Shown: positions 1 through 8,969 of the stretch, one piece after another
How positions within the stretch are numbered: position 1 is the first letter of the stretch
How the letters are laid out: every line of letters starts with the position of its first letter
The notes under the pieces: model-generated
The model's database searches: none
What the model saw: only the letters and a program-made list of their open reading frames with translations
Told to the model about the DNA's origin: nothing
Program-made: the position numbers and the translations under genes
From: Anaerolineae bacterium
GTDB taxonomy: Bacteria; Chloroflexota; Anaerolineae; Aggregatilineales; Phototrophicaceae
Reading direction: 5' to 3'
DNA length: 45,598 bases
NCBI GenBank assembly: GCA_034434615.1
Contig: DAOTYT010000072.1
Coordinates: 1-45,598, forward strand

Positions 1-1
1 T

Positions 2-238
2 TATGCGCGCTGGCTTGATGCCACGGTGCGTGTTTCGACGGCGCGCCATCTTTATGCCCATAATGAAGAGAATTGGACTGTCCAGATCATCACCTGTGCC
101 TTTGGGCGCATTGGGCTGGTCGTGCGCGGGCCGGCTGCCACTGATTACGTCTACGATGCCGCGCTCGCCTGCCCGGCTGAGGGCTTCATGGCGGCGCTGC
201 TGGCCGAAATCGCCCAAACGCTCGCTCCCGCCGGTTAA
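2..238 (+). CDS. Hypothetical protein, 3' part (truncated by window start)
   Basis: Frame is open from base 2 (YARWLDATVRVSTARH...) to TAA at 238. No recognisable motif. Confidence 0.6.
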   Translation, partial: YARWLDATVRVSTARHLYAHNEENWTVQIITCAFGRIGLVVRGPAATDYVYDAALACPAEGFMAALLAEIAQTLAPAG

Positions 239-392
239 TGCGCGTTTTTCTTCATAACTTATTCACATCTATTTAGTAAGGGTTCACTTAGGAGGGGGAG
301 CTGTTCATCTTCGCCTCATGCAGCCATGTTAAAGTTCATTGTGAAATTGGGTTCAAGCAAAGTTCGACGCTGCAATCTCGAAGCGGCTGGCG

Positions 393-398
393 TATAAT
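393..398 (+). promoter_or_regulatory. Sigma70 -10 element (TATAAT), 10 nt upstream of the ABC ATPase start
   Basis: Perfect TATAAT at 393-398 in an AT-rich intergenic region; ATG at 409. Confidence 0.55.
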
Positions 399-408
399 AG
401 AGAGAACT

Positions 409-1137
409 ATGAACAATGGCGCGCGTCCACACACCATCGTCCAGATCAATGGCCTCAGCAAGACTTATACTGAGGGAGATAAGACGCGCCAGATTCTTGA
501 CAGCGTTGAACTCACGATTACAGAGGGTGAGTTTTTCGTCCTGCTCGGTAAAAGTGGCAGCGGCAAGAGCACGCTGCTCAACCTGATGAGCGGTATCGAC
601 CGAGCCGATGCCGGTCAAATCCTGGTCGCTGGCACCGATATCGCCCAACTCAATGACCGCCAGCTCACGTTGTTTCGCCGCCGCCAGGTTGGCATCATCT
701 TTCAATTCTTTAACCTGATCCCGACGTTGACGGTGCTGGAAAATGTTACGCTGCCTTTGGAACTCTCTGGCGGCGCACGCGCCGAGGCAGCGCGCCGAGG
801 CATGGCGCTGCTGGAGCGGGTTGGCCTGGCCAACCGCGCTGCGACATTTCCGGACAAGTTGAGCGGCGGGGAGCAGCAGCGCCTCGCGATTGCGCGCGCC
901 TTGATCGCCGAACCAGCGCTTGTCTTGGCCGATGAGCCGACCGGCAACCTCGACGAAGAGACAGGTCAACAAGTCTTAATGCTTCTGCTAGAATTAACAC
1001 GAAGCGCAGGCAAGACGTTGGTCATGGCGACCCATAATCCGGAAATCGTGCCTTTGGCCGACCGCGTCTGCCGCATTCACGAAGGTAAGTTAGTCGTCAC
1101 CCGGCAGCAAAGGGTGAAGGAGATCCTCTATGGCTGA
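409..1137 (+). CDS. ABC transporter ATP-binding protein, LolD/MacB-like
   Basis: Walker A GKSGSGKS, signature LSGGEQQR, Walker B/D-loop [11 protein letters not shown]-loop ATH. Confidence 0.95.
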   Translation: MNNGARPHTIVQINGLSKTYTEGDKTRQILDSVELTITEGEFFVLLGKSGSGKSTLLNLMSGIDRADAGQILVAGTDIAQLNDRQLTLFRRRQVGIIFQFFNLIPTLTVLENVTLPLELSGGARAEAARRGMALLERVGLANRAATFPDKLSGGEQQRLAIARALIAEPALVLADEPTGNLDEETGQQVLMLLLELTRSAGKTLVMATHNPEIVPLADRVCRIHEGKLVVTRQQRVKEILYG

Positions 1138-1597
1138 CCCCGATCCGGTCGCTGTCAAGCAGGTTCTCTCGGAACTGCGCGATATCGACAAAGAGAAACG
1201 TCGTACAGCCGTGATGAAACTCGGCATGATGGGCGGCGAGGAAGCCGTGCGCACGCTCATTAGTGTCGTTCGTAACCAGCATGAAGATTTGATCGTGCGC
1301 GGGAGGGCGGCCCTGATGTTGGGCAAACTTGGCGACGCGCGCGCTGTTGGCCCTCTGATCGAGGCGCTTGACGCGCCCGGTTTTCTGACGCGCGTTCACG
1401 CTGCGCAGTCGCTCGGTAAACTCGGCGATCCGCGCGCCATCGAACCTCTGCTGCGCGTCGTTGAGACGGAATCTGACAAGTTTCGCGATGCCGCTCAGGA
1501 AGCGCTCATCCGGCTGGGATACGATATCAACGCGCTCAATGCGCGGCAAGATCAAGCGGCGCCGGAGACATGCGCCGAAGGAGAACCCGGCGAGTAG
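1130..1597 (+). CDS. HEAT/PBS-lyase-like repeat protein
   Basis: Repeats [25 protein letters not shown] and [31 protein letters not shown]; start overlaps the ATPase stop. Confidence 0.9.
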   Translation: MADPDPVAVKQVLSELRDIDKEKRRTAVMKLGMMGGEEAVRTLISVVRNQHEDLIVRGRAALMLGKLGDARAVGPLIEALDAPGFLTRVHAAQSLGKLGDPRAIEPLLRVVETESDKFRDAAQEALIRLGYDINALNARQDQAAPETCAEGEPGE

Positions 1598-1721
1598 TCG
1601 CATCTCCTGATGCGCTGGCAACACACCGGCGGCCGCTAAATCCGCCGCGGCAGCGCCAGCTGCGCGCACAGCCGAGCGCGCACAATTAACGTCCTATCGT
1701 CATGCATCACGGAAAACGCCG

Positions 1722-4295
1722 ATGATCAGTCCTATCATTGTGCGCCTTGCAGGGCGCTACATAGGCCGCCGCGTCTTGCAGAGCACGCTGTTCGTCTTGG
1801 GCGTCGCGCTGGGTGTGGCGGTCGTCATCGCGATCGACTTGGCCAACAGCTCCGCCAGCCGCGCGTTCTTTTTGAGTACACAGAGCGTCACTGGCCGCGC
1901 GACGCATCAGATCATCGGAGGGCCGGGCGGCCTGCCGACTGAGCTCTATCGCAGGCTTAGGCTCGATCTGCGTCTGCACGAAGCCGCTCCTATCGTCGAG
2001 AATTACGTCCGCTCCGACGCGCTCGGCGACCGCCCGCTGCGGCTGTTGGGAGTCGATCCCTTTGCCGAACCGCCTTTCCGCGATTACTTATCCACGGTCG
2101 AAGTCGCCGGAGAGGCGGGCGCAGCCTTTGAGTCGCTGAACGCCTTCATCGCTCAACCCAACACGATCCTGATCAGCGAGGGGTTGGCCGAGCGCTATGG
2201 CATCGCGCCTGGCGACGAGATCACCCTGCGGCCGGGAGGCGAGCCTGTGACGGCGCGCGTCGTCGGCCTGCTGCGCACGGCCAACGATCTGAGCGCGCAG
2301 GCGCTGGAGAGCCTGATCCTGACCGATATTGCCACTGCGCAAGAGGTGGTGGGCCAGCCGGGGACGATCAGCCGCATCGACCTGATTCTGCCCGACGACT
2401 ACGATCTCTCGGCGATCGAGGCGCTGCTGCCCGCGGGCGCGCTGCTGACGACGCCCAGCGAACAGCGCGGCGCGCTCAGCCAGATGACGGATGCCTTTGA
2501 ACTCAACCTGCAGGCGCTCAGCTTGTTGGCGCTGGTGGTTGGCGTCTTCTTGATCTATAACACTGTGTCGTTCAGCGTCGTTCAACGGCGCGGTGTGATC
2601 GGGATTCTGCGAGCTATCGGCGCGACGCGCGGGCAGGTCTTCCGCCTGATCCTCGGCGAGGCGCTGCTGCTCGGTTTGATCGGCACTGTCATCGGTTTGG
2701 GGCTGGGGATCATCTTCGGGCGCGCCTCAGTCGGTCTGATCGCGCAGACGATCAGCGATCTATACTTCACGGTCGATGTGCAAAGCGTCACGCTCGACCC
2801 GCTGACTTTGGTCAAGGGCGCGGCGATCGGCATCGCGGCCAGCTTATTCGCCGCGCTGCTGCCCTCGCTCGATGCGACGCGCACGCCGCCGGCTGGCTCG
2901 CTGCGCCGGTCTCAGATCGAGGAGCAGACGCTGCGGCTGCTGCCCATCGTTACGATAGGGGCTGTCGCTCTGGTCGGCGCTGGCATTCTGCTGCTGCTCA
3001 TCCCCACAAACAGCCTCATCATCAGCTTTGCGGCCCTCTTCTGCATCATCGTCGGCGGGGCGCTGTTCACGCCGGTGGTGCTGGTCGCGGCCATGCACGC
3101 AGTCACGCCGGCCAGTTGGCGCGTGTTCGGCGTGCTCGGCCGCATGGCCCCGCGCGCGGTCTCCCGATCGCTGAGCCGCACCTCGGTCGCCGTCGCCGCG
3201 CTCACCGTGGCAGTCAGCGTGATCGTTGGCGTCAGCGTCATGATCACCAGCTTTCGAGGCACGGTTGCTGACTGGCTTGATACCACCCTCGGCGCCGATA
3301 TTTACATTTCGCCGCCTCAACTCACCGCCGTCCGCGTTACTGCCGATGTTGACCGCGCTTTGGCCGAACAGCTGTGGACGATCGAAGGCATTGACCGGAT
3401 CGCGGTGAGCCGGAGCGCAACCGCGATCGCGCCAGATTATCCTGACCTGCCACCAGTGAACATCGCGGCGGCCGATGGCGAAATCGTCAGCCGGCCGCGC
3501 CGTTTTGTGTGGCTTTCCGTCCCAGAGGATGCCTACTGGCCAGCGCTGGAAAATGGCGCGGTCATGGTCAGCGAGCCGTTCGCCTTCCGGCGCGGCATCA
3601 CGCCGGAGCGGAACACGATCGCGCTGCTGACGGATCGCGGCCCGCAGACTTTCACCGTCATCGGGGTCTACTACGATTACGCGACCGATCAGGGCACTTT
3701 GTTCATGGCCGAAGACGTCTACCGCGCCTATTTCAATGACCCCTTCATCTCGACGATCGCGGCCTTCCTCGCGCCTGATGCCGACCCGGCGCTCACGCTC
3801 GAACGGGTGCGCGAGGCGCTGGCCGGCACCGATCTGCTGGCGCAGAGCAATCTCGCGCTGCGCGCCAGCGTCTTCGAGGTTTTTGAGCGGACATTCGCCA
3901 TCACGACTGCGCTGCGCCTGCTGGCCACGGTAGTGGCTTTCATCGGCATCCTCAGCGCGTTGATGGCCCTTCAGCTTGAGCAGACCCGCCAGTACGGCGT
4001 CATGCGCGCCATCGGCCTGACGAAACGACAGCTTTGGGACTACACCCTGATCCAAACGGGTTTGATGGGCGCGGTCGCCGGGCTGCTCGCGCTGCCGATC
4101 GGCTTGGCGCTGGCCTATGTGCTCGTCTATGTCATCAATGTGCGTTCGTTCGGGTGGACGATGCAGCTCAATTTGACGGCGGAAGAACTTATCATCGCGT
4201 TTGCGGTAGCTTTGGTGGCCGCGCTGGCGGCGGGCATTTATCCGGCTGCGCGGCTGGGCACACTTTCCACCGCGCGCGCGCTGCGCAGCGAGTAG
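1722..4295 (+). CDS. FtsX/MacB-family ABC permease, duplicated architecture (AttF/AttG- or YbbP-like)
   Basis: 857 aa with two MacB_PCD + FtsX halves; RRGVIGILRAIGATRGQ and QYGVMRAIGLT motifs; many TM segments. Confidence 0.92.
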   Translation: MISPIIVRLAGRYIGRRVLQSTLFVLGVALGVAVVIAIDLANSSASRAFFLSTQSVTGRATHQIIGGPGGLPTELYRRLRLDLRLHEAAPIVENYVRSDALGDRPLRLLGVDPFAEPPFRDYLSTVEVAGEAGAAFESLNAFIAQPNTILISEGLAERYGIAPGDEITLRPGGEPVTARVVGLLRTANDLSAQALESLILTDIATAQEVVGQPGTISRIDLILPDDYDLSAIEALLPAGALLTTPSEQRGALSQMTDAFELNLQALSLLALVVGVFLIYNTVSFSVVQRRGVIGILRAIGATRGQVFRLILGEALLLGLIGTVIGLGLGIIFGRASVGLIAQTISDLYFTVDVQSVTLDPLTLVKGAAIGIAASLFAALLPSLDATRTPPAGSLRRSQIEEQTLRLLPIVTIGAVALVGAGILLLLIPTNSLIISFAALFCIIVGGALFTPVVLVAAMHAVTPASWRVFGVLGRMAPRAVSRSLSRTSVAVAALTVAVSVIVGVSVMITSFRGTVADWLDTTLGADIYISPPQLTAVRVTADVDRALAEQLWTIEGIDRIAVSRSATAIAPDYPDLPPVNIAAADGEIVSRPRRFVWLSVPEDAYWPALENGAVMVSEPFAFRRGITPERNTIALLTDRGPQTFTVIGVYYDYATDQGTLFMAEDVYRAYFNDPFISTIAAFLAPDADPALTLERVREALAGTDLLAQSNLALRASVFEVFERTFAITTALRLLATVVAFIGILSALMALQLEQTRQYGVMRAIGLTKRQLWDYTLIQTGLMGAVAGLLALPIGLALAYVLVYVINVRSFGWTMQLNLTAEELIIAFAVALVAALAAGIYPAARLGTLSTARALRSE

Positions 4296-4300
4296 GCTGG

Positions 4301-5824
4301 CTACAGCGATTGCAGCTCGTCGAGCAGAATATAGCCTTCGCGGATGGCTGCCAGCGCCGCTGCGTGTCGATCTTTGGCCTGCAGGATGTCCATCGCATGC
4401 GCCAGTGCCTCGATCATGGCCGCCATCGACAGGTTCAAGCGTTTGCTGATCGCGTCATTCTCGTAGCCAGCCGCGATCAGCAGCAGGATTTGCCGCTCGG
4501 TCTCGCTGAGCTTTTCCTGCCCCGCGTTCAGAATGCCAGTGACGACTTTCTCCGCGACGCCGGCGCCAAGCACGAGACTGCCCTGCGCCACGCGCAGGAT
4601 CGCCTCGACCAGATCGGCGTCGCTGGCCGATTTCAGCACATAGCCATGCGCGCCCGCGCGCAGCGCCTGGGTAATATACCAGTCTTCTTCGCGCCCGCTG
4701 AGGATGAGAATTTTGACGTTCGGGGCTTCGGCGCGAAGCTGCGGCAGCACCTCTAACCCGCTGCGCACCGGCATGTTCAAATCGAGCAGCAGCACATCCG
4801 GCTGCAGGGCCAAGGTCTGAACAAGAGCGGCCTCTCCATCTGCCGCTTCGCCCACCACGACCATATCCTCGCGCTCGGAAAGGAAACCGGCCAGCGTTCG
4901 GCGCAGCAGGGTGTGATCATCAGCAAGGATCAAGCGCAGCGGCGCGCGCTGCTGCGAGATGGCTCCCTCCAGAATGACCGGTCGGGCGGGCTGGGTCGTT
5001 CGGTCAGGGCCGGCGGCACTGAAGACCGAGGCATACAGCGCCTGCGCAAAGGTTTCGGCAGTTTGATAGCGGCGCGCCGGCTGCTTCTCCAGCGCTTTCA
5101 TGATGACGGTTTCCAGCGCCAGCGGCAGTTCCGGGTTGATCGAGCGCGGCGACGGCACCGCTTGTTTGACGTGCTGCAGCAGCAGGGCGTTGATGTCATC
5201 GGATGAAAAGGGAAGCTGGCCGGTCAGCATCTCATAGAGCACGACGCCCAGCGAATAGATATCGGTGCGCCGGTCCAGCTCGAGCGCCTGCGCCTGTTCT
5301 GGCGAGAGATAAGCCGGCGTGCCGATGATCATGCCGGCGGTTGTCACCCGCTTGGCCTCTTTGGGCAGCGCCAGCCCCAAATCCATGATCTTGATCTGGC
5401 CTTCGGGCGTCACTTTGATGTTGGCGGGTTTGATATCGCGGTGGATGATATCCCGCTCATGGGCATAGTGCAGCGCCAGCGCGATCTGGCTGCCCAGCTT
5501 GACGACCGTCTGAACATCGCAGGGGATATAATCAGTGAGCGGGGCGCCTTCAACATATTCGATGACGAGGAAGTGCGCCTCGCCATCTTCATCCATGTCG
5601 TAGATCGCCATGATGTTGGGGTGGTTCAACTGGGCGACCGCGGTCGCTTCCTGCATGAAACGAATGCGCACCGCCTCGCGCACATGCGGCAGCAGCACTT
5701 TGAGCGCCACTACGCGCCCGAGCCGCCGGTCAAGCCCGCGATAGACGATGGCGGTCGAACCTTCGCCGAGCAGGGCCTGCACCTCGTACCGATTGCGCAG
5801 TATGCGGCCGATCATGCTTTGCAC
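4301..5824 (-). CDS. Ser/Thr protein kinase fused to a response-regulator receiver and a LuxR-like HTH
   Basis: Kinase motifs LGEGSTAIVY, VALK, HRDIKPAN, DLG, GTPAYLSPE. Receiver LILADDH...LLLDLNMP...ILSG...GYVLK. C-terminal LSETERQILLLIAAG. GTG start with GGGAG RBS. Confidence 0.92.
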   Translation of the reverse strand: MQSMIGRILRNRYEVQALLGEGSTAIVYRGLDRRLGRVVALKVLLPHVREAVRIRFMQEATAVAQLNHPNIMAIYDMDEDGEAHFLVIEYVEGAPLTDYIPCDVQTVVKLGSQIALALHYAHERDIIHRDIKPANIKVTPEGQIKIMDLGLALPKEAKRVTTAGMIIGTPAYLSPEQAQALELDRRTDIYSLGVVLYEMLTGQLPFSSDDINALLLQHVKQAVPSPRSINPELPLALETVIMKALEKQPARRYQTAETFAQALYASVFSAAGPDRTTQPARPVILEGAISQQRAPLRLILADDHTLLRRTLAGFLSEREDMVVVGEAADGEAALVQTLALQPDVLLLDLNMPVRSGLEVLPQLRAEAPNVKILILSGREEDWYITQALRAGAHGYVLKSASDADLVEAILRVAQGSLVLGAGVAEKVVTGILNAGQEKLSETERQILLLIAAGYENDAISKRLNLSMAAMIEALAHAMDILQAKDRHAAALAAIREGYILLDELQSL

Positions 5825-5899
5825 GGTTTCTCCCAGTGGTTCCTTCGCTTAGCATACCATGGGCCGGGAGTTCGAACAACCGTTCCCTCAAAGTCAGCG

Positions 5900-7036
5900 T
5901 TAGCTCTCTGAGGGGGGCGTATCCGTCGAAGAGGGGGCCGCATGAAGCGCTGCTTCGCCTCGAGCGGGAGCGATCAGGACGCCACCGCCGACATAGTGAG
6001 GCTGAGCATTGTCTTGCAGCGGTTCGATGATGGTATAGCGCGCCAAGATCATGGCAACGCCGGCCAGAGGTACTGACAGCAGCGCGCCGATCACGCCGCC
6101 GATCGTAAAACCAATGAACAAAAAGACGATCACCAAAATTGGATTGAGATTCACGCTGCGCGACATGATGCGCGGCGTGAGGATGTGCGCTTCGACCTGC
6201 TGAATGGCGACGAAGACGACGAAGGTGACAACCGCCTGAATCGGAGAGACGAGCAGTGCCAGCAGCACGGCGCCGCCTGCGCCCAGGAACCCGCCGATCA
6301 TCGGGATGATCGACGTGACGCCTACTACAAAGGCCAGGGTTACCGCGTTGCCCACCCCCAGCAGCGATAAGATGATGAAGTGGGCGACACCGACGAAGAT
6401 CGCCACGACCATAATGCCGTTCAGGTAGGCACCCAGCGAGAATTCAATCTCGTTCATGATCGCTTCAACCCGGGCGCGGCGGCCGATTGGAAACAAAGAC
6501 TTGATGAAAGCGACAGCGTTATCGCGCGAGGTGAGCCAGTAAATGCCGACCACGATCGCCAGCACGGTGTAGCCCAGAATAGAGCCAATCTCGGCAGCGA
6601 GCGAGGGGAAAGTTGCGCGCAGGTCATTGACCAGATTTGTGATGCCGAGGCGGATGGTGTCAGGGTCTGCCAGTTGAACGCTTGTGCCCGTGATTTGAAA
6701 CACAGTTCGCTCTAACCATGCCTGCGCGGCGATCAGCCGGTTCGCAAGACGGTTGCCATCCTCGATATAAATGGCGAGCTGGGTGACCGCTGGCGGGATG
6801 ACGATTAAAAACAGGCCGATGATCAAGATGAGCGTGATCGCGTAAACGATCAGGATCGCCAGCCCTTCCGAAATGCCCCGGCGTTTCAGCCACAGCACCA
6901 TCGGCCGCAGCGCCGAGGCTGCGATGATCGACAGGAGGATGACAACGAGGATCTCAATGCTCATGAGGGCGATGTAAGCGCCCGCCAGCGTGGCCAACAC
7001 CACCAATGTGTTCTGGAAAGTTTGCCTCGCTGTCAT
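5900..7036 (-). CDS. AI-2E family transporter (PerM/TqsA-like)
   Basis: Hydrophobic membrane protein with IPMIGGFLG and QQVEAHILTPRIMSRSVNLNP...GVIGALLSVP family motifs. Alternative TTG start at 7039. Confidence 0.9.
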   Translation of the reverse strand: MTARQTFQNTLVVLATLAGAYIALMSIEILVVILLSIIAASALRPMVLWLKRRGISEGLAILIVYAITLILIIGLFLIVIPPAVTQLAIYIEDGNRLANRLIAAQAWLERTVFQITGTSVQLADPDTIRLGITNLVNDLRATFPSLAAEIGSILGYTVLAIVVGIYWLTSRDNAVAFIKSLFPIGRRARVEAIMNEIEFSLGAYLNGIMVVAIFVGVAHFIILSLLGVGNAVTLAFVVGVTSIIPMIGGFLGAGGAVLLALLVSPIQAVVTFVVFVAIQQVEAHILTPRIMSRSVNLNPILVIVFLFIGFTIGGVIGALLSVPLAGVAMILARYTIIEPLQDNAQPHYVGGGVLIAPARGEAALHAAPSSTDTPPSES

Positions 7037-7191
7037 CAAGGTGTGCCTTGGGTGAAATGCGTTTTGTTAGATACATATTCTAACCGTTTTTGTGCGGGCG
7101 TCAATCGCCTTCTGCGTTGCCTGATAGTTTGCTGATCGTTAGATGCATTTAACCGAAGTGTCCTCGCAGGCTGTGGTAAAATGCCGACGCA

Positions 7192-8586
7192 ATGAAGAAA
7201 TATCCTCCCTTGCTCACCCCGCTTTTGAGCGGATTGTCCTTGTTGTTCGCCGTGCTCGCTTGCAATTTGAGCGATGATACCCGGCCGCCAACGCTGGTTC
7301 CCCGCCCCAGCGCGACGCCGCCTCCAACGATCGGCTATGCCACGCTTGCGCCTGAAGAATTTCCAATGGAAGCGACACAAGTTCCACAGCAGCAGCGCAC
7401 CGATGCCGCTTTGCTTAACCTCATCGCACAGGTGGAGGCTGATCGTTTGATCGCACACGTCAGCGCGTTAGAGGGCTTCGTCACTCGCCATTTTAATTCG
7501 GGCGGGAACGGCCCAAATCGCGGCATCGATGCGGCGGCCAACTACATCATTAACCAGTTCAACCAGATTCGCGATCAGGCCTATCAAGGCAACTTCGCCG
7601 TGCTGACGCAGGATTTCCCCGTTCGCTGGGGCGGCATCAACACCATCAATAAGAATATCGTCGGCGTGCTGACGGGCACTGAGGCCGGGGCGGGCATCAT
7701 TTTGGTCGGCGCGCATTATGACAGCATCTCGTCAGACGTGAATGACAATGTCGGTTTTGCCCCAGGCGCCAATGACAATGCCAGCGGCGTCGCCGCCCTC
7801 ATCGAAATCGCACGCATCCTTAGCCAGCGGCCGCAGCGCGCGACTGTGATGTTCGTCGCTTTCGGGGCCGAGGAGATCCAGCGGCAGGGAAGCATCGCTT
7901 TTGTGCGCGATTATCTGCTGCCGAATAACATTCGCATTGACGCCATGCTGAATATGGACATCATCGGCAGCAGCACTGGCCCGAACGGCCAAACGATCGA
8001 CAACCAAATTCGCGTCTATTCCAACGACCCCAACGACTCGAACTCGCGCCAGCTCGCCCGAACGCTCAATCTCATCGCGCTGCGCCACATGCCAGATATG
8101 TCGATCAAGCTTGAGCCGCAGGCCGATCGTCAAGGGCGCTACAGCGATCATATCACCTTTCATGAAGCCGGATTTCCGGCTGTGCGCTTCATCGAAGCGT
8201 TAGAGAATCCTAACCTGCATCACACCGACCGTGACCGGATTACGACCCTGCGCCCGTCCTATCTCGTGCGAGCGACGCAAACGGTGCTCGCCAGCGCGGC
8301 GGTGCTGGCCAACGGCCCGCGCCCACCGCGCAGCATCAGCCTGCGCGATAATGGGAACGGCACGCGCACGCTCGTGTGGGAAACGACGCCGGGCGCCGTT
8401 AGCTATCTCGTCGCGCTGCGCGCGCCGGGCTCGGTCATCTTCAACGAATACTTCGAAGTCAACAGCAACAGCAGCGGCGCTTGGGATGGTTTCATACCGT
8501 CGCGCTATGAAGCCGTCGCTGTTGCCGGGCAAGATGCCAATGGGATGATGGGGCCGCTGTCGGCCGAGTATGCGATCACCAATTGA
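7192..8586 (+). CDS. M28-family metallopeptidase, lipoprotein
   Basis: Lipobox VLAC, Pro/Thr linker, GAHYDS, GANDNASG, AEE, NMD and SDH metal-binding motifs; C-terminal beta-sandwich (Fn3-like) region. Confidence 0.9.
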   Translation: MKKYPPLLTPLLSGLSLLFAVLACNLSDDTRPPTLVPRPSATPPPTIGYATLAPEEFPMEATQVPQQQRTDAALLNLIAQVEADRLIAHVSALEGFVTRHFNSGGNGPNRGIDAAANYIINQFNQIRDQAYQGNFAVLTQDFPVRWGGINTINKNIVGVLTGTEAGAGIILVGAHYDSISSDVNDNVGFAPGANDNASGVAALIEIARILSQRPQRATVMFVAFGAEEIQRQGSIAFVRDYLLPNNIRIDAMLNMDIIGSSTGPNGQTIDNQIRVYSNDPNDSNSRQLARTLNLIALRHMPDMSIKLEPQADRQGRYSDHITFHEAGFPAVRFIEALENPNLHHTDRDRITTLRPSYLVRATQTVLASAAVLANGPRPPRSISLRDNGNGTRTLVWETTPGAVSYLVALRAPGSVIFNEYFEVNSNSSGAWDGFIPSRYEAVAVAGQDANGMMGPLSAEYAITN

Positions 8587-8603
8587 GGTTGGGAAGGCAA
8601 ACG

Positions 8604-8969
8604 ATGAGCGAGCGTGTTGAGCCAGAGGAGGCTCCAGAGGAACCTAAGGCAGCGGAACTGCCATCGATTGAGCCGATCGCGCCGGAGCTTGCGCGCGCGA
8701 TCCTCGATCGGGCCATCGCCGAGCGGCTTGGCCCTGATTGGCAGGATGAAGACAGCGGCTGGCTGCTTGTGACGGGCCACGATTATATGGCGCGGCTGAC
8801 GAAGGGATCACGCAATGTCGATTTCTACGTCGATCTGCTGGGGCAGGTCACGATCGAGGAACGCGCGATCAACCCCGCGCAGGCCAGCGGCCGCCTGATC
8901 GCGTGGACGCTGCTGCTCTTGTCGCTGGCGATCGCCTATCTGCTGGCACGAGCGATAGGATGGCTGTAA
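8604..8969 (+). CDS. Hypothetical protein with a C-terminal TM helix
   Basis: ATG at 8604 after GGAAGG; ends LIAWTLLLLSLAIAYLLARAIGWL; overlaps the next start codon. Confidence 0.75.
   Translation: MSERVEPEEAPEEPKAAELPSIEPIAPELARAILDRAIAERLGPDWQDEDSGWLLVTGHDYMARLTKGSRNVDFYVDLLGQVTIEERAINPAQASGRLIAWTLLLLSLAIAYLLARAIGWL

Noticed and set aside
351..365. GTTC-N7-GTTC resembling an alphaproteobacterial LexA box
   Set aside because: Gene content points to Chloroflexota (GAAC-N4-GTTC-type box expected), and the downstream gene is not SOS-related.
326..397. 23-codon ORF ([23 protein letters not shown]) upstream of the ABC ATPase
   Set aside because: The AGGAGG is too far upstream to serve as its RBS, and the ORF overlaps the promoter. 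No supporting evidence.
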